A stretch of 64,000 bases of DNA from Podarcis vaucheri. Taxonomy: Eukaryota. Made by a program: the position numbers and the translations under genes. The DNA lies in assembly GCA_965113315.1 (NCBI GenBank), contig OZ220367.1; one strand, written 5' to 3'. Positions 23,641 through 36,528 of the stretch are shown here, in pieces (position 1 is the stretch's first letter; each line of letters starts with the position of its first letter). The notes below the pieces were generated by a model. The model had not been told where the DNA came from. It ran no database searches and worked only from the letters and a program-made list of their open reading frames with translations.

Positions 23641-23845
23641 ACTGGACTAGATGACTTCCAAGACTATAATTCTAAGTTTTAAATACAAGTGGGACAGGAA
23701 AATACAATTGCTCCAAAGCATCTCTATATATTTATAGAAACAAAGGTATATAATCCCTTCTGAGGAAAGATCAGGTTAAGATAGGGAACTTTTTCCAGTC
23801 CTTCTCCCCCCACCCCACCCCGCCAAAAAAAATAAGAAGACCTAC

Positions 23846-24872
23846 TGTGACGGAAAATTTTGTTTTGCTGGGCAGGTTGGGTCACCAAGTGTTTTTTTTC
23901 CTTTTTCCTTGCTAGCAAATGGTTAATGAATGGCAGCTTCTGATTGGCCAGGGTTCCAGGAGAGGGAGTTCAAGAGACAGTTGAGTAGGTTGGGAGATAG
24001 GTTGGGAGATAGGGAGTGAGAGGAGAGAGAGAGAGCGAGAGAGAGAGAGAGAGAGTTGGTTCTGGGTAGAAACATCCGCTCTGGGGAATATATAAAAAGC
24101 TAGAGAAATAAGTCTCTGCGCTTAGTGTGAAGGACAATGTGTGGTGTCCTGTATGAGTAATTAGGCCAGGAATTAACTGGGAGGCTGAGCCAGGAGGAGT
24201 AGAAGCTGGAAAGATACAGTCTACTTAGGTCTCATTCCAGTCAGGAGGGGAGAGATTCTTCTACAAAAAGAGAAGACTCGCAAACCATTTAAGAGGGGTG
24301 TGGAGATCCCTTGGGTCTGTTACTTGGCGTGCCTCAGGAATAAGGGGTGTGCAACTGACAGGAAGTACCACCTTGTTTAAGAACCAAAGTATAAAGCAGC
24401 AACAGCTGTGCAACAACTGAGAAAGAAGTGAAGTGAAATTACTGGAAATAAGCTGAGCATTTACCCTTTAGTCTAAAAACCTGTAAGATCTACCTGAAGT
24501 GAAGTAACTGAACATAAGCACCTGAAGTTTAAAAGAAGCTATGTTTTATTAGAAGTCCCTAACATCAGCTAGATTTAGTATAAATACTATTAGGTGAACG
24601 GTTACCTGAAATAACATTATAATCTGAAGTATCCTTTGTTTTACCCACTTTGTATCATAAACTTCCTTTGTTTAATAAAATCTTTCTTATTTGATCAAAT
24701 CCTGCCTGAGACTCCAAATCATTAAGTTTTCCCTCACCCAAGACCCCCACTAGATAATCTGGGGCAATTTGTAGAAATTTGTGTAATTGGTGTACTGTGA
24801 GGTGGTCGCACTATATTTAAGTGAGGGCCGGCCCAACAGCGCCAGGGGGAAAAGTGCCTTTGCGCTGTCGCA
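23846..24872 (+). mobile_element. Solo LTR (~1027 bp)
   Basis: TGTGAC...GTCGCA termini; 5-bp TSD cctac/cttac (1 mismatch); ATTGG at 23943, TATATAAAA near 24089, AATAAA near 24674; internal (GA)n. Confidence 0.7.
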
Positions 24873-24903
24873 CTTACATTATGGTCTAATTCAATAAAAA
24901 GAA

Positions 24904-24946
24904 AGGAAGGAAGGAAGGAAGGAAGGAAGGAAGGAAGGAAGGAAGG
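24904..24946. repeat. (GGAA)n microsatellite
   Basis: Read directly. Confidence 0.95.
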
Positions 24947-25307
24947 ACAAAATTTGGCTTCCGCATTGCAGAAGACCTCAGATGCCTTGTAAATCCCTTT
25001 TTGAGAGCTCCCACATCGCAGAAGCTGGATCTCATGCATTATCTCTGCATACTTGCAGCTTATAAAGAACTTCTAATGGGCACATGTCCAAAGGCGTTTA
25101 AGTGCACAAAATTTATAACTATTAAAGCCCCTCCCATCATGCACTACTTAGGACATTTCCGTCCACAGTTGTGCATTTTGAACAAAGAAACCTGAAAACT
25201 GCCTAAACAGTGATTTCAAACCACTCTATTTCATAGTTCCCCTTCTGTTCTTTTAATGACCAAGTATTGCACTTCTACCTCCCCACAGACAAAGTCACAA
25301 AACTTAC

Positions 25308-25386
25308 CGTGTAATTACGCGCAAGAACAGCACCAGTACCATCTTCCAAATAGTGTGTTTCTGTGAAGTTGCCAGCAAAAAGGTCA
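25308..25386 (-). CDS. ADAM12: ADAM12 coding exon (exon 4 equivalent, 79 bp): DLFAGNFTETHYLEDGTGAVLARNYT
   Basis: ttctcttccag| ... |gtaagt. Matches human GLIASSFTETHYLQDGTDVSLARNYT. Phase 2/0. Confidence 0.95.
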
Positions 25387-28367
25387 CTGGAAGAGAAAGT
25401 GGATATCTTAAAACATAATTTCAAGACCAAATCTTTTTTACTTAATTACTTTTTAAAACAAAATTAAAGTGGAAGAGTTGAAAGCTCAATAATGGAATAA
25501 AATAGTTATAATACTGAACAAAGTCTGTGCACATTGTTATAAGGGGATTTACTACAAGGTTTTATAAATTAGCCTCTCTGATTGTAAAATCACTGAGTGG
25601 CTATTATGAGGTGATTATTTATGAATTCAGATTTATTTAATATGTAACACTTAACCTACCCTGTATAGTTTATTGATGTATCCCCTACTTAAATATTTCA
25701 GATGAACTGTTTTTTTCTATTAGAAAATGGTTCGAGATTTTTATGCATCATGTCAAATTAACAAGGCAAAAATGTAGACTTTAAGCTGCCTCAAAGGCAA
25801 ATTCCACTCTATCTCAAATTTACAGATATTGTGAGTGAGGCTGGTGTAACTTCTTAGGTGTATATGCAAACGTCCTAATACTAGCTAAAGTAAGGGTTGG
25901 TGTCTTATTCTGGATGTAAGCTCTGGAAAGGGAAAGAGTGTCTGTAACACTGGCATTGGCCAGAAGGTGTAGTCAAGACAATTCATTTCTCTTTCTAAGC
26001 TGTTTCGTCCAATCCAAGGAATTACATGGTGCTAAGAAAGTCAGTACTACAGTGGTCTGCATTGCAATTACCCCATGCTGGGGATCAAGGTGCCCATGTC
26101 TGAACAGAATTCTGAACAAGCAATTTTGCTATTTAAGGCAATTTAAGGGAACAGATGTCACTGCGACTTAATTGCTGAAAATTTAGCATGCAATGTAAAG
26201 TTTTTAGAATCTAATTACGCCAGTCTGAGTTCTGGAACAGAAGACAGTTCCTTAGAATTTCTACAGCTTCCAAAAAATGACACTATTCCTATAATGATCA
26301 GTCTTGTTTCAGAGCTTGATTCTTGTAGCACCTACTGAGTTACATGATTGACTGAGCTCATGATTAGCGGCTACTACTTCAAAATAAGGGGAGCAACCTA
26401 ATTCTCTCAAAACTTGGGGAAATTTTATACTTATAGGTTCTCCACTGCACTAACCATGAGAAATAACCCAAGGACACTCCATTGTTATACATTCCAATTA
26501 AAACTAATACCGCCACTGAACATGGTCGCTACAATTTTCTGCCAGAAGCAATATTCCTGAAGGTGGAACTTTGTCTTTTTCTATATGTATATTATACCCT
26601 TATAAAGAAATGTGCTTCTTAGCCAAAGGGCCGTTTCTTCTTGAAGTAGTGGCAAAAAATAGAGAGAGGGAGTGGTAACTGGATGTCAGTCATTTGGAAT
26701 GGAAAGTCGCAGAGGATTAAGACAGAAGTATTATTACAACAGCATATCCTATATTTTCTATTCACCACATTTTATAAATGTATTGTATAAAAATGTTGCA
26801 AGTAAATAAATGAATGAAATATTTGTGCAGACAGAATGCACATGGGAAAGGGATGGGGTAATGCTTGCTGGCTCCAGAACCTACATAATCATTAATTAAA
26901 ACTTCAGAACAGAACCTATTGGCATACAAAGTGGAGTAATCACCTGTAAACAACCTGTATCACATGGTTTACGGATCATCAGTATTGTCTCAAGCAAAAG
27001 AATATGCTTCAACTTTCAAATAAAATAGCCTTCATTCATTTGCAAATATTTATGCTTGAAAGTTGGGTTAGGGGATGAAGGGGGGGGGGGAACCTTGAAT
27101 ATATTCATAGCCACTATGTGAAAATATATGTGAGAAAGGTTCTCATTATTTTTTCCTGGGAACTTACAACCACCTGAAGAGGAATTTGTGTATGAAAACA
27201 GAATAAATGAAAAGTTAATACACTGTGGCAGCGGTGGTGGTGGTGGACCCTGTACTGGTAATACAGGTGGGAAAAGAACTCAGGGGGGGGGATTCCTGCA
27301 CAACTGAGCAGGCTAGGAAGAGCTAGGATGAACGTTCAAGAACTACTGTAGAAGGAGGCTTCACAAAACAAACTCCTTTATTGCCAGAATATCAGAAAGT
27401 CAGCATGTTTCTCTGCTGGTAGCCAGCAAAGAAGTTCAAACGGGAATTGGTCTTCATAAAAATAATACTAACCCTTTCCTTTTCTGACTCAAGCTCTTAG
27501 GAAGATTTAAAGTCAAAACAAGTAAAAACAAACCCCCAAACCCTGAATCCCTCAAATACAATGCCTTGCAGAAACCCTAAACCCAAGCCCAAACTCCTTT
27601 GGGTATGCAGAGCTCGTATTTGGACCCTGACCTTTAGAGCACACAGGTCAATGCATATGCCCCTGATGGTATGGTAAGTAACATCATGTCCTTCAGGGCT
27701 TCATGTGGATAAGAGATGTGGAACAGATGTGTGATTAATGACATTAGTCCTCATGAGCTTGAACATTTATTCATTCACTGAATTTATATCTCACCCTTCC
27801 TCCCGAAGGAACCCAGTCACTCATGCAGAAAACTCACTGAAATGTTTCTACAGCTATGCGTGAAAGTCATTTTAGGTGGCAACCAGCCCACTGCACCCTA
27901 CAGTAGGTGAATGAAACAAAAGGAGAGGATATAGGCTGCTACTGCTGCTGTATTTGCTATTATTAAAATTTACAGGCACCAACATATTATTTCTGACTGT
28001 CTGGTAGGGATAGAAACAGGAACCCTTGATTCCGTGAGCAACTGCCTCATGTGGGAAGGCACCAGAGTTTCACTTTAGAGCATCTTCTAGAACAGTAAAG
28101 TATTTGAGGCCAGAGGTCATCCTAGGCAGGAAGGGCTTCCTGTTTGAACAGGAACTTTGAGCAACCATGGTCTTCCTGGTACATCTCCATGCATTTTGCT
28201 GACTTTGTCTCCCCTTTGACATCTGCCCATAGTTCAGGACTAGCACCACCTAAGAAACCTGGCACCAAGTATTTGCAGGACGTTACTTATACCTGTTAAA
28301 GTCAATCAATATTCTGCCATTGTATAAGACTATATACAGCAACAATGTTGAGCAGTATTCTTTGCAG

Positions 28368-28368
<1 letters not shown>

Positions 28369-28398
<30 letters not shown>

Positions 28399-28565
28399 TT
28401 ATTATTTATACCCCGCCCATCTGGCTGGGCCTCCCCAGCCACTCTGGGCGGCTTCCATAAAAACCAAAAATACAATAAAATATCACACGTTAAAAACTTC
28501 CCTGAACAGGGCTGCCTTAAGATGTCTCCTGAATGTCAGGTACTTGTTTATCGCCTTGACATCTG
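28369..28565 (-). mobile_element. L2-type LINE 3' end with (AAT)n tail
   Basis: tttataccccgcccatctggctgggcctccccagccactctgggcggctt; same family as 31058-31215 and 44942-45400. Confidence 0.7.
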
Positions 28566-28639
28566 CTGGCACTCTGGTGTTTCATTGACCTAGGTTTCAG
28601 AGAGCAGATTGGTTTTAAAAAGCAATGGATAAAAAGATA

Positions 28640-28864
28640 CAGGGGTACCTTGGTTTACAAACTTAATCCGTTTCGGAAGTCCATTCTTAAACGGAAGCCA
28701 TTCTTAAACAGAAGCACGCTTTCCCTAATGAGGCCTCAAATCCATTCAGATTCCGTTCTTAGACTGAGGTAAAGTTTGCAAACTGGGACACTACTTCCGG
28801 TTTCGCGGAGTTCGTAAACCGAATTGTTCGTAAACAGGGCTGTTCTTAAACCGAGGTACCACTG
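28640..28864. mobile_element. Tigger-like MITE (subfamily 2)
   Basis: TA|CAGGGGTACCTTGGTTT ... AAACCGAGGTACCACTG|TA. Confidence 0.85.
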
Positions 28865-30799
28865 TACTATAGAGTTGCAAAAATCAAATGAATCTTTTGT
28901 GTAAGTAGAAATATTTTGTTTTGTTTACTTAAACAGAACTTAAGATTCTACTGCAAGAATCCTCCTTTTCCCCTTCCTCCTCTAAATGTGATGTACTGTA
29001 TTTTACTCTTCGGTCTTGTTCTATGTTTTTTGATAGCGCTCTGACAGCTAAATGAAAAGGTGAGTCCTGAACACCATAGCCTCCAGGGTAGACACTTCTC
29101 TTTTTTTGGTAGAAGCAGCAGTTATCTCCTCTTTCGAAAATGACTTTAAAAGCTGCCCAGTGGAATAAACACTTAGTGCTGGTACAAGGAGATTTACAAG
29201 TCATGTGTGGGCACTTCTCTGAAGGGTTATCAACAGTAAGTACAACAAGCACTCAAGTTCAGCAAGAAGGAAAGGTGTGTGCAGAGGTCGCATCATGCAT
29301 GGCACTCATGCTTAACGATCAAACACCACATTTGACACATGTATCCATTAGATAATTTGTCTCCCTTTGGAAAGAGATGTAATTTACAGAATTGATTTAC
29401 ATTTTTTTCCTGCACCCCTCTGGTAAAGGAAAGGCGATAAATAAAGGAAAGTAAACCAATTTAGATGGTAATCTTATTAACATAATTGAATGGATGCAAC
29501 TAAGAAAAGACATGGGTTAAAACAACATTAATTCATCATACTTCGGGATCTACCATATGTTTTGTCACCACACAGGAAAAACAGCACATCCCTTTGTACA
29601 GCTTGCTATGGGTTCCAGAAGATAAGTGATAACTTTGAATGCTGGGACAAGGTTTTCTCAGCTGTAGCCTCCCTGTTATTGAATAAATTCCTCTGAAGCC
29701 CAAATTAGTAAAAATAAAATAAAAGTTTTCCTCTTTTGTCAGGCTTTCAAGGATGTACTCTAGTTTAGGACTAAACTAGATTATACAGTAAACATGTGGT
29801 TTAATTTACCATATCTAGTGCTTTTCCATTTAAACTTCTTTGCCTGTTTTCCATTCTTTCCATATCTCTCCAAAATTTCCCTGTGTTCCATCTTTAACAA
29901 ATTCTTCTCTGGGATAAGCTTAAAAATAATTTCCATAAGAGAATTCCACCATAAGCACTATATGAAACGAAACTCTCTCTGTATTTATGATACTTGTAGA
30001 TAGAAAACTGAACACAGGAAAGATTTATTGGAAAAGGGCTAATAGGTCTGGGTTACTCCTACTAGTCCAAAGAAATCAGACTCTCTCTCACACACACATG
30101 CGCTTCCAAGAGAACAAATGATACTGACTGTGAATATCAGTTCTATAGATTTAGTGGAAGGTATATTTCAGCACTTGGCAATGGCTGCTTCTTTTATAAG
30201 GCATGTGCAGGTATGCACATTTTGAAGGATGGTTGTGTTTCCATTTGTGTATGGAAAGTGGAAATTTGGTGGATTCGTGTTTAAACGTGACCTGAACTGA
30301 TTTTCTTCCCCAACCCTAGCCAACTCTACCTCCCCACTCTTTCTTCGTGGAGGCAAAATGTACCCCATGGTAACCTATGACCAGGGCTGATATGAAATTC
30401 TTTCTGACCTAATGGAATCCTTTCCAGGCAAGCTGTCCAAATTCACACCCACACCGGGGCTTCTATCAGAAAAAGGACACCAGGTGTATCTCACCTAGTC
30501 GACCTCATGCCACTTAGAAATGACTGTCATTAAGCAATATCTTTACCCCAAGAGTCCTCCCAGCTGCTACACCAAGACTCCCAATGAGACTTTAAAAAAA
30601 TGTTAATCTACGTTAAGTTCATCCCTTCTTCCACCCCCAAACCAACTAGCTGCATTCCATAGAGCACATGCAACTGCTGTTATGTGCTCCATATGTGGCG
30701 CTACCTGCAGCTAATGCAAAATGCAGTTGTTAGGGTGCTTCGTGGGACACACGCCCTGTAGAACACTGTCCCATCAGATGTCAAGGAAATAAACAACTA

Positions 30800-31057
30800 C
30801 AGTGATACCTCGGGTTACATATGCTTCAGGTTACATACGCTTCAGGTTACATACGCTTCAGGTTACAGACTCCGCTAACCCAGAAATATTACCTCGGGTT
30901 AAGAACTTTGCTTCAGGATGAAAACAGAAATCGTGCTCTGGCGGCGCAGCAGCAGCAGGAGGCCCCATTAGCTAAAGTGGCGTTTCAGGTTAAGAACAGT
31001 TTCAGCTTAAGAACAGACCTCCGGAACGAATTAAGTACTTAGCCTGAGGTACCACTG
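30800..31057. mobile_element. Tigger-like MITE (subfamily 1)
   Basis: TA|CAGTGATACCTCGGGTTA ... GAGGTACCACTG|TA; tandem ~19-bp gcttcaggttacatac units. Confidence 0.9.
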
Positions 31058-31215
31058 TACCTGACTTTTAGAAGACATCTGAAGGCAGCCCTGTTTGGCA
31101 AAGTTTTTAATGACTGACGTTTTAATGTATTTTTAATATTTTGTTGGAAGCTGCCCAGAGTGGCTGGGGAAACCCAGTCAGATGGGTGGGGTATAAATAA
31201 TAAATTATTATTCTT
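31058..31215 (+). mobile_element. L2-type LINE 3' end
   Basis: gaagctgcccagagtggctggggaaacccagtcagatgggtggggtataaataataa. Confidence 0.7.
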
Positions 31216-32287
31216 GTTATTACTACTACACATATTATACCAGAAATAAAATATCTGCACTGGCTAGTTACCATGTCATGTTCAACATTTTGCTGTTGAC
31301 ATTTAAAGCAGCAAATAACTTGGGACCAGAAGTCAAGATCTTCAGAGGAGATCCTGCTGGTCATTCCATGACCAGTGGCTTGTCACCTGGTGGCAGCAGA
31401 GAAGTCAGCCTTTTCAGTGAAAGCACCCACCCTCTGGAATGCCCCTCTCAAATCTGTGCGGCAGAGACAGTAATGACCTTTAAACACTTCTTACAAAGTT
31501 AGATGCTTTGAGAAAATTATAATTTGGTTTGGTTGCTCTTTCTTTTTGTATTTGTCTTCCTGTCTGTTCTTTGACACTGACATTATTTTCTTGCTCTCTA
31601 CCTAAACTACAAAAAAAAAGGAAAAGACTCTGGATCTACATAATTTGTACTCATTATTGCTTGGTGAGGCAAGCAAGATAGATAATATTTTCAAAATGTA
31701 TTGAAACCGCTGTTTATATTATAATCGCCTGCTTATGCTGTAGCATCTCCACTTAGGTCATCTTGACCTTTGTAATGGAGGTGGCTGTTCTTTATTCCGT
31801 TCCTAGCCCTCTTGATTATTATATGTATTCACAGGAATAAACAGGTCTATTAGACATGCTGCTGCTTGCAATAGTTGGCTCACTATGAATATCTGTGGAT
31901 AGTTAGCAACAGCCTTTTCCAACTCTTGTTTCTCATTACAATATGAAGAACGAAGGAAGCATGTTAATGAGTTCCCCATGCACCTGCTTTGAACATCACC
32001 CCACTCATACAATTATTGCATCTTCTTTAAACACATTATATTCTTTCCTTCTGTTTAATTATCTAAAGTGATTCAAAATGCTTTTGGACATTTTCCCATT
32101 CAGTGTCTGCATTTTATAATATTCCTATCTGTAACCCTCCAGTAGGCTTTCATGGAGTAAATACAGTGCTGTAAATATTATTATTTTTTTAAACCCTGAG
32201 ATATTAGGGTGTGCTCTCCTAGGTAGGAAAATGACTGTGGAAAAGGGGAAGGAGAAAAGTAAGGCCAATCCCTCCTAGGACACCTGA

Positions 32288-32725
32288 AATTTGCCTGCAG
32301 GGTTGTTATTCCAGGCAGGGTCTTCTGTGCATGTTTAGCCTGCCTTACAGTGGGGCGATCACCTTAGGCTTACCCAGGCGCCGAAAGAGGACCTGAAGGT
32401 TTGGTTGGCCTTCTTGAAGGTATACAATGGGATTTCTTTTTGGCAAGACCTGCTGGACATGCACCAGGACTTTCTTGTGCATTTGGATGCCTCTAGCAGC
32501 TTGGACTTCAGTGTCTACTTCGGGGATCACTGGTGCTCTAGGCCATGGCCTTTGCATTAGAAGGTGAAAGGGATCACCCATGATCTCACATTTTTGGAAT
32601 TCTTCCCAATCATGTTGGCAGTGCACATCTGGACTGAGGAGTTCCATGATTTCAGGGTGTGCTTCTGGTCTGACAACCAGGTGGTAGACAGGGTACTTGC
32701 CAAACAGACCTCACAGTCTGAATGG
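32288..32725 (+). mobile_element. DIRS/Ngaro (tyrosine-recombinase retrotransposon) RT-RNase H remnant
   Basis: Translates (one frameshift, one stop) as FACRVVIPGRVF...EDLKVWLAFLKVYNGIS...LDASSSLDFSVYFGDHWC...DLTFLEFFPIMLAVHIW...VCFWSDNQVV, the DAS / LE / DN RNase H signature. Confidence 0.8.
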
Positions 32726-33107
32726 GTACTGAGGGGTACTGTAGTTGGACTACAAATCCCATTGTTCTTACCACTGGCCATAATGGCTAGAGTTGATGGA
32801 AGTTGTAATCCAACCATGTTGGGACTACATGCTAGCTAAACCCGGTTTCTTGTGCAACCCTATATATGTTTAGTTAGAAGAAGATACCCCCAATTAATTC
32901 AATAGGGATTACCCCAAGGTAAGCAGGCAAATGGATTGTAACATCAGCTGCCATTAGTCTGCTTTTAGTAGCCCAAACAAATGGAAAATGTCAAGCCCAG
33001 GTTTTAAGTACTGATTGATTGATAGTATGTATGAATCTCTCTTACAGGTTGATTTATAATCAATGCAAGAGCAAAACATATCAGTTATCAATATAAGCAT
33101 ATACAAG

Positions 33108-33108
33108 C

Positions 33109-33143
<35 letters not shown>

Positions 33144-33383
33144 GAGTTTGGATTTGATATCCCGCTTTATCACCACCCTAAGGAGTCTCAAAGCGGCTAA
33201 CATTCTCCTTTCCCTTCCTCCCCCACAACAAACACTCTGTGAGGTGAGTGGGGCTGAGAGACTTCAGAGAAGTGTGACTGGCCCAAGGTCACCCAGCAGT
33301 TGCATTAGGAGTAGCAGGGAATCGAACACGGTTCACCAGATTACGAGTCCACTGCTCTTAACCACTACACCACGCTGGCTCTC
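33108..33383 (-). mobile_element. Squam3-type SINE, full length, with a (GTT)n-expanded tail
   Basis: Minus strand starts GAGAGCCAGCGTGGTGTAGTGGTTAAGAGC; homologous to 16659-16900; (CAA)n at 33108-33143. Confidence 0.85.
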
Positions 33384-36286
33384 AAAAAAAATTAGAAAAA
33401 TAAAACACAGTCATATATTGCTCTTAAGGATCAAACTGCAAAAGCATGGATAAATTAAAATGTATTCAACTGACAACTAAAAACAACAATCTGGGAGACT
33501 AAGGGGTGATCATTCTAGAGTCAGGTCCTCACTAAAGAGAAGTCAATTCTTTCACCATCTCACTACAAATCCTTGTTTGGACCAGAAGCAGAGGCCCACC
33601 CTTCTCCACTGGAGAGGATTGTGCTCTTGTAGGTATTTGGTCCCAGAACCATTTAAAGCTTTGTAAACTATTACCAACACCTTGAATTGAGCTTGGCAGG
33701 ACATAGGCAGCCAGTGGTCTTTGAAAAACAGAGGGAAATTGATCTTGGTAAAGCAGTGCAGTCAAACTTTTGCAGCATGTGGATTTATTTAGCAACTTCC
33801 GCATCCACCCATCATAGTGCAAAGATCAGGTTTGCAACTGTGGGTCACCTTTACAGCTGGAGCTGGACCTCATAATTGTCCGCTTAGTATTTTTTTCACT
33901 GCAGAGTGAAAAGGGAGGAAGAGCTCTGGCAGCTACCCATCATAATGTTGTGCTGCAGCTGAGCTGGCTCCTAGTCCAGGGAATGAAGTTGCAAAAGTCA
34001 TATCCTGGAAGTAGTTTTCAGCAAAAAGCAGGTTTACTGACCTGGTTGACCACCTGCTACTATGTGTCAGTGAGGAAATGATGAATAATAGTTCAATAAT
34101 TCTACGATACAAGATTACCAGAGTTAAGCATCTAATTTTCAACATATTTCTAGCACTAATGCAAACTGCTGCTGAGATATATTTGATCATGACACTGATC
34201 TCCGTAGTATCACAATATGAACTGCATTATTAGTGGGACTAAATAAATATCACAGTGTACCATGTAAATTATCAGTCATTGTTGGAGACTGATAAACATA
34301 ATTTGTGGGCAAAAGTGTATAGTAGAAGGGTGATAAGCAGTGCCAGTCAGAGATTACAGGTCACTTGCCTAGAAGTTGCTTTACTGTATTAGCTTCATTA
34401 AGAGATCCATAGAGTGACACAGCAGCACTGTAAGGAAGCCTTTCTTAACAGCCAACACAACCCTCTCGAAACATCCAAGTAGTTGCATTGTCATTTCTTT
34501 CTAGCAGGAGATTCCTCCATTTTTAAAAGCTTTGTGACAGGCAACAAAATAAATAACAGGTGTAGATTTCTGCAAGATGAATAGTCAACACTCGCGAAAC
34601 AGCAAATGTTTTAATATCTGCCTGACACCCAGCTTTGAAAAACATGAAAACTTCCCCATAAAAAGTGGAACTCTACTTAATAGACACGGAGAAGGGTGTT
34701 GACTATCTCAGGCAGCACAAACTATGCCTGCCTGCACAATCCTCTCTCCCTAGGATATTGCCCCATTCCACAGAAATAGTCTCTTGTACTTCCAATGTGC
34801 AAGAAGAAACAGCCCTTACTACTTTCAAAAGTTTCATCAGGAGCATGTAAATTTCTCTTCAAATCGAGGAAGAAATGAGCTTATAATGACATTCAGTCAG
34901 TGACCCAGATTTAACCGCTATCTTGTATAAATCATTTTAATTATTTCTATTAACCAAATGTTCAAGAGCATATAGTGCTTTCCAAGTTAAAAAATGCATT
35001 GTCAGACATTCTTGGTTCTATGTCTGCTTGAACAGGTCTATCCACATTGGTCAAGCTCAGTATGTATTTCATCCAGCTGACTTTATTTAATTAAAAGTAT
35101 GCTTTGCTTTGATCATTCCAGATTTTCTGCCTAACAGTGAAAATTGCTGCTCACACTATACAGAGTTTCAGAAAGTCGTAAATCTCTGTGAGCTGAAAAA
35201 TACAATTATAGGATATTATAGATATATATGAGAAGGTATGTACATGCCTTTCTCTGTGCTTCTATGTGCTTAACACATCAGAAGGGAAAAACTTATTTCC
35301 CCTTCTGATGTGTTTAAACATAAAACACATATTAAAAAAAACAGAACTGTAGAGTTGAAAGGGATCCCAAGGATATTTTAAAATGTTCTCACCATTCCTA
35401 CCACAATTTCCTCATGTGACATGTTGACTTTCAACTCTTTCCTGCAGTAAGCAACTTTCTTCATATGGAACAACAAATCTCCACATGAGGAGAGTGATTG
35501 GGCCAAGCAGTATTGACACACCAACTTACCATGCCTCCAGTGGCCATACATTCAGCCTCAGAGAGGTGTCTGCCTTCCTTTTGTGGCTGGAACTCTACAG
35601 TGAGTCATCCCCCACCTAATGCAAGAATCAGGTCAGCAGCTGGCTACCTTATCAACTGGAGCAGCAGCAGCAGCAGCTGAAAGTGACCTCATAATCAGCT
35701 TCTGTTAATTTGTCTTGCAGAAGATGAGGACCTAATTCTACCATGTGTCTCATGTTTTCTTCCCCTTCTCCCCCCCCCTTTAAAGTTCTTTATTGGTTTT
35801 GGTTTATTCAATTTAACGTCCTCCTGATAATGTATCTTTGTCTAAAATCAACATAGTATGTTTGTTAGGCTCAGTGTCAAAACATTTTAAAGAGAAATTT
35901 GTCTTCATATTCTGCCTACAGAAGCAAATAAAGGTAACTTTATATTGTCAACATAGACCCATAAATATATTTCTCTCCTCCCCATCATATATATTTAATC
36001 CATTTGTCAATGTCCAGAAGACTTAGGGATCTTGAGCTATTAAAGAAATCTCTGAATTCTGCCCATCCCTTAATTAAGCAAAAGTCTGTCAGTCAAGTAG
36101 TGCCTTTGCATGTTACAGCAGAAATTCAGTTAAAATAGGCATTTGCCAGTACTTCTTAAGATTTTAGGACAATGCTGACTGTGACTATGCTGCAAAGAGG
36201 TAAAAATAACATACTATTTTATATTCCTGTTGCAGCAGCATTAAGACCAACATTTAATGTAAATAACATCATAAATTAACCAAGTA

Positions 36287-36528
36287 CAGTGGTACCTCGG
36301 GTTAAGTACTTAATTCGTTCCAGAGGTCTGTACTTAACCTGAAACTATTCTTAACCTGAAGCACCACTTTAGCTAATGGGGCCTTCCCCTGCCGCCGCGC
36401 CGCCAGAGCACAATTTCTGTTCTCATTCTGAAGCAAAGTTCTTAACATGAAGCACTGTTTCTGGGTTAGTGGAGTCTGTAACCTGAAGCGTATGTAACCT
36501 GAAGCGTATGTAACCCGAGGTACCACTG
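36287..36528. mobile_element. Tigger-like MITE (subfamily 1)
   Basis: TA|CAGTGGTACCTCGGGTTA ... TAACCCGAGGTACCACTG|TA. Confidence 0.92.

Larger units (their letters stand above)
21155..23673 (+). mobile_element. Old, internally deleted CR1 3' remnant hosting BovB and a MITE
   Basis: tgagtcagcagtgtgatgcagc before BovB; gtggtggactctccttccttagaggtttttaagca...attcctgcattgcagggg...ggactagatgac after it. Confidence 0.6.
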
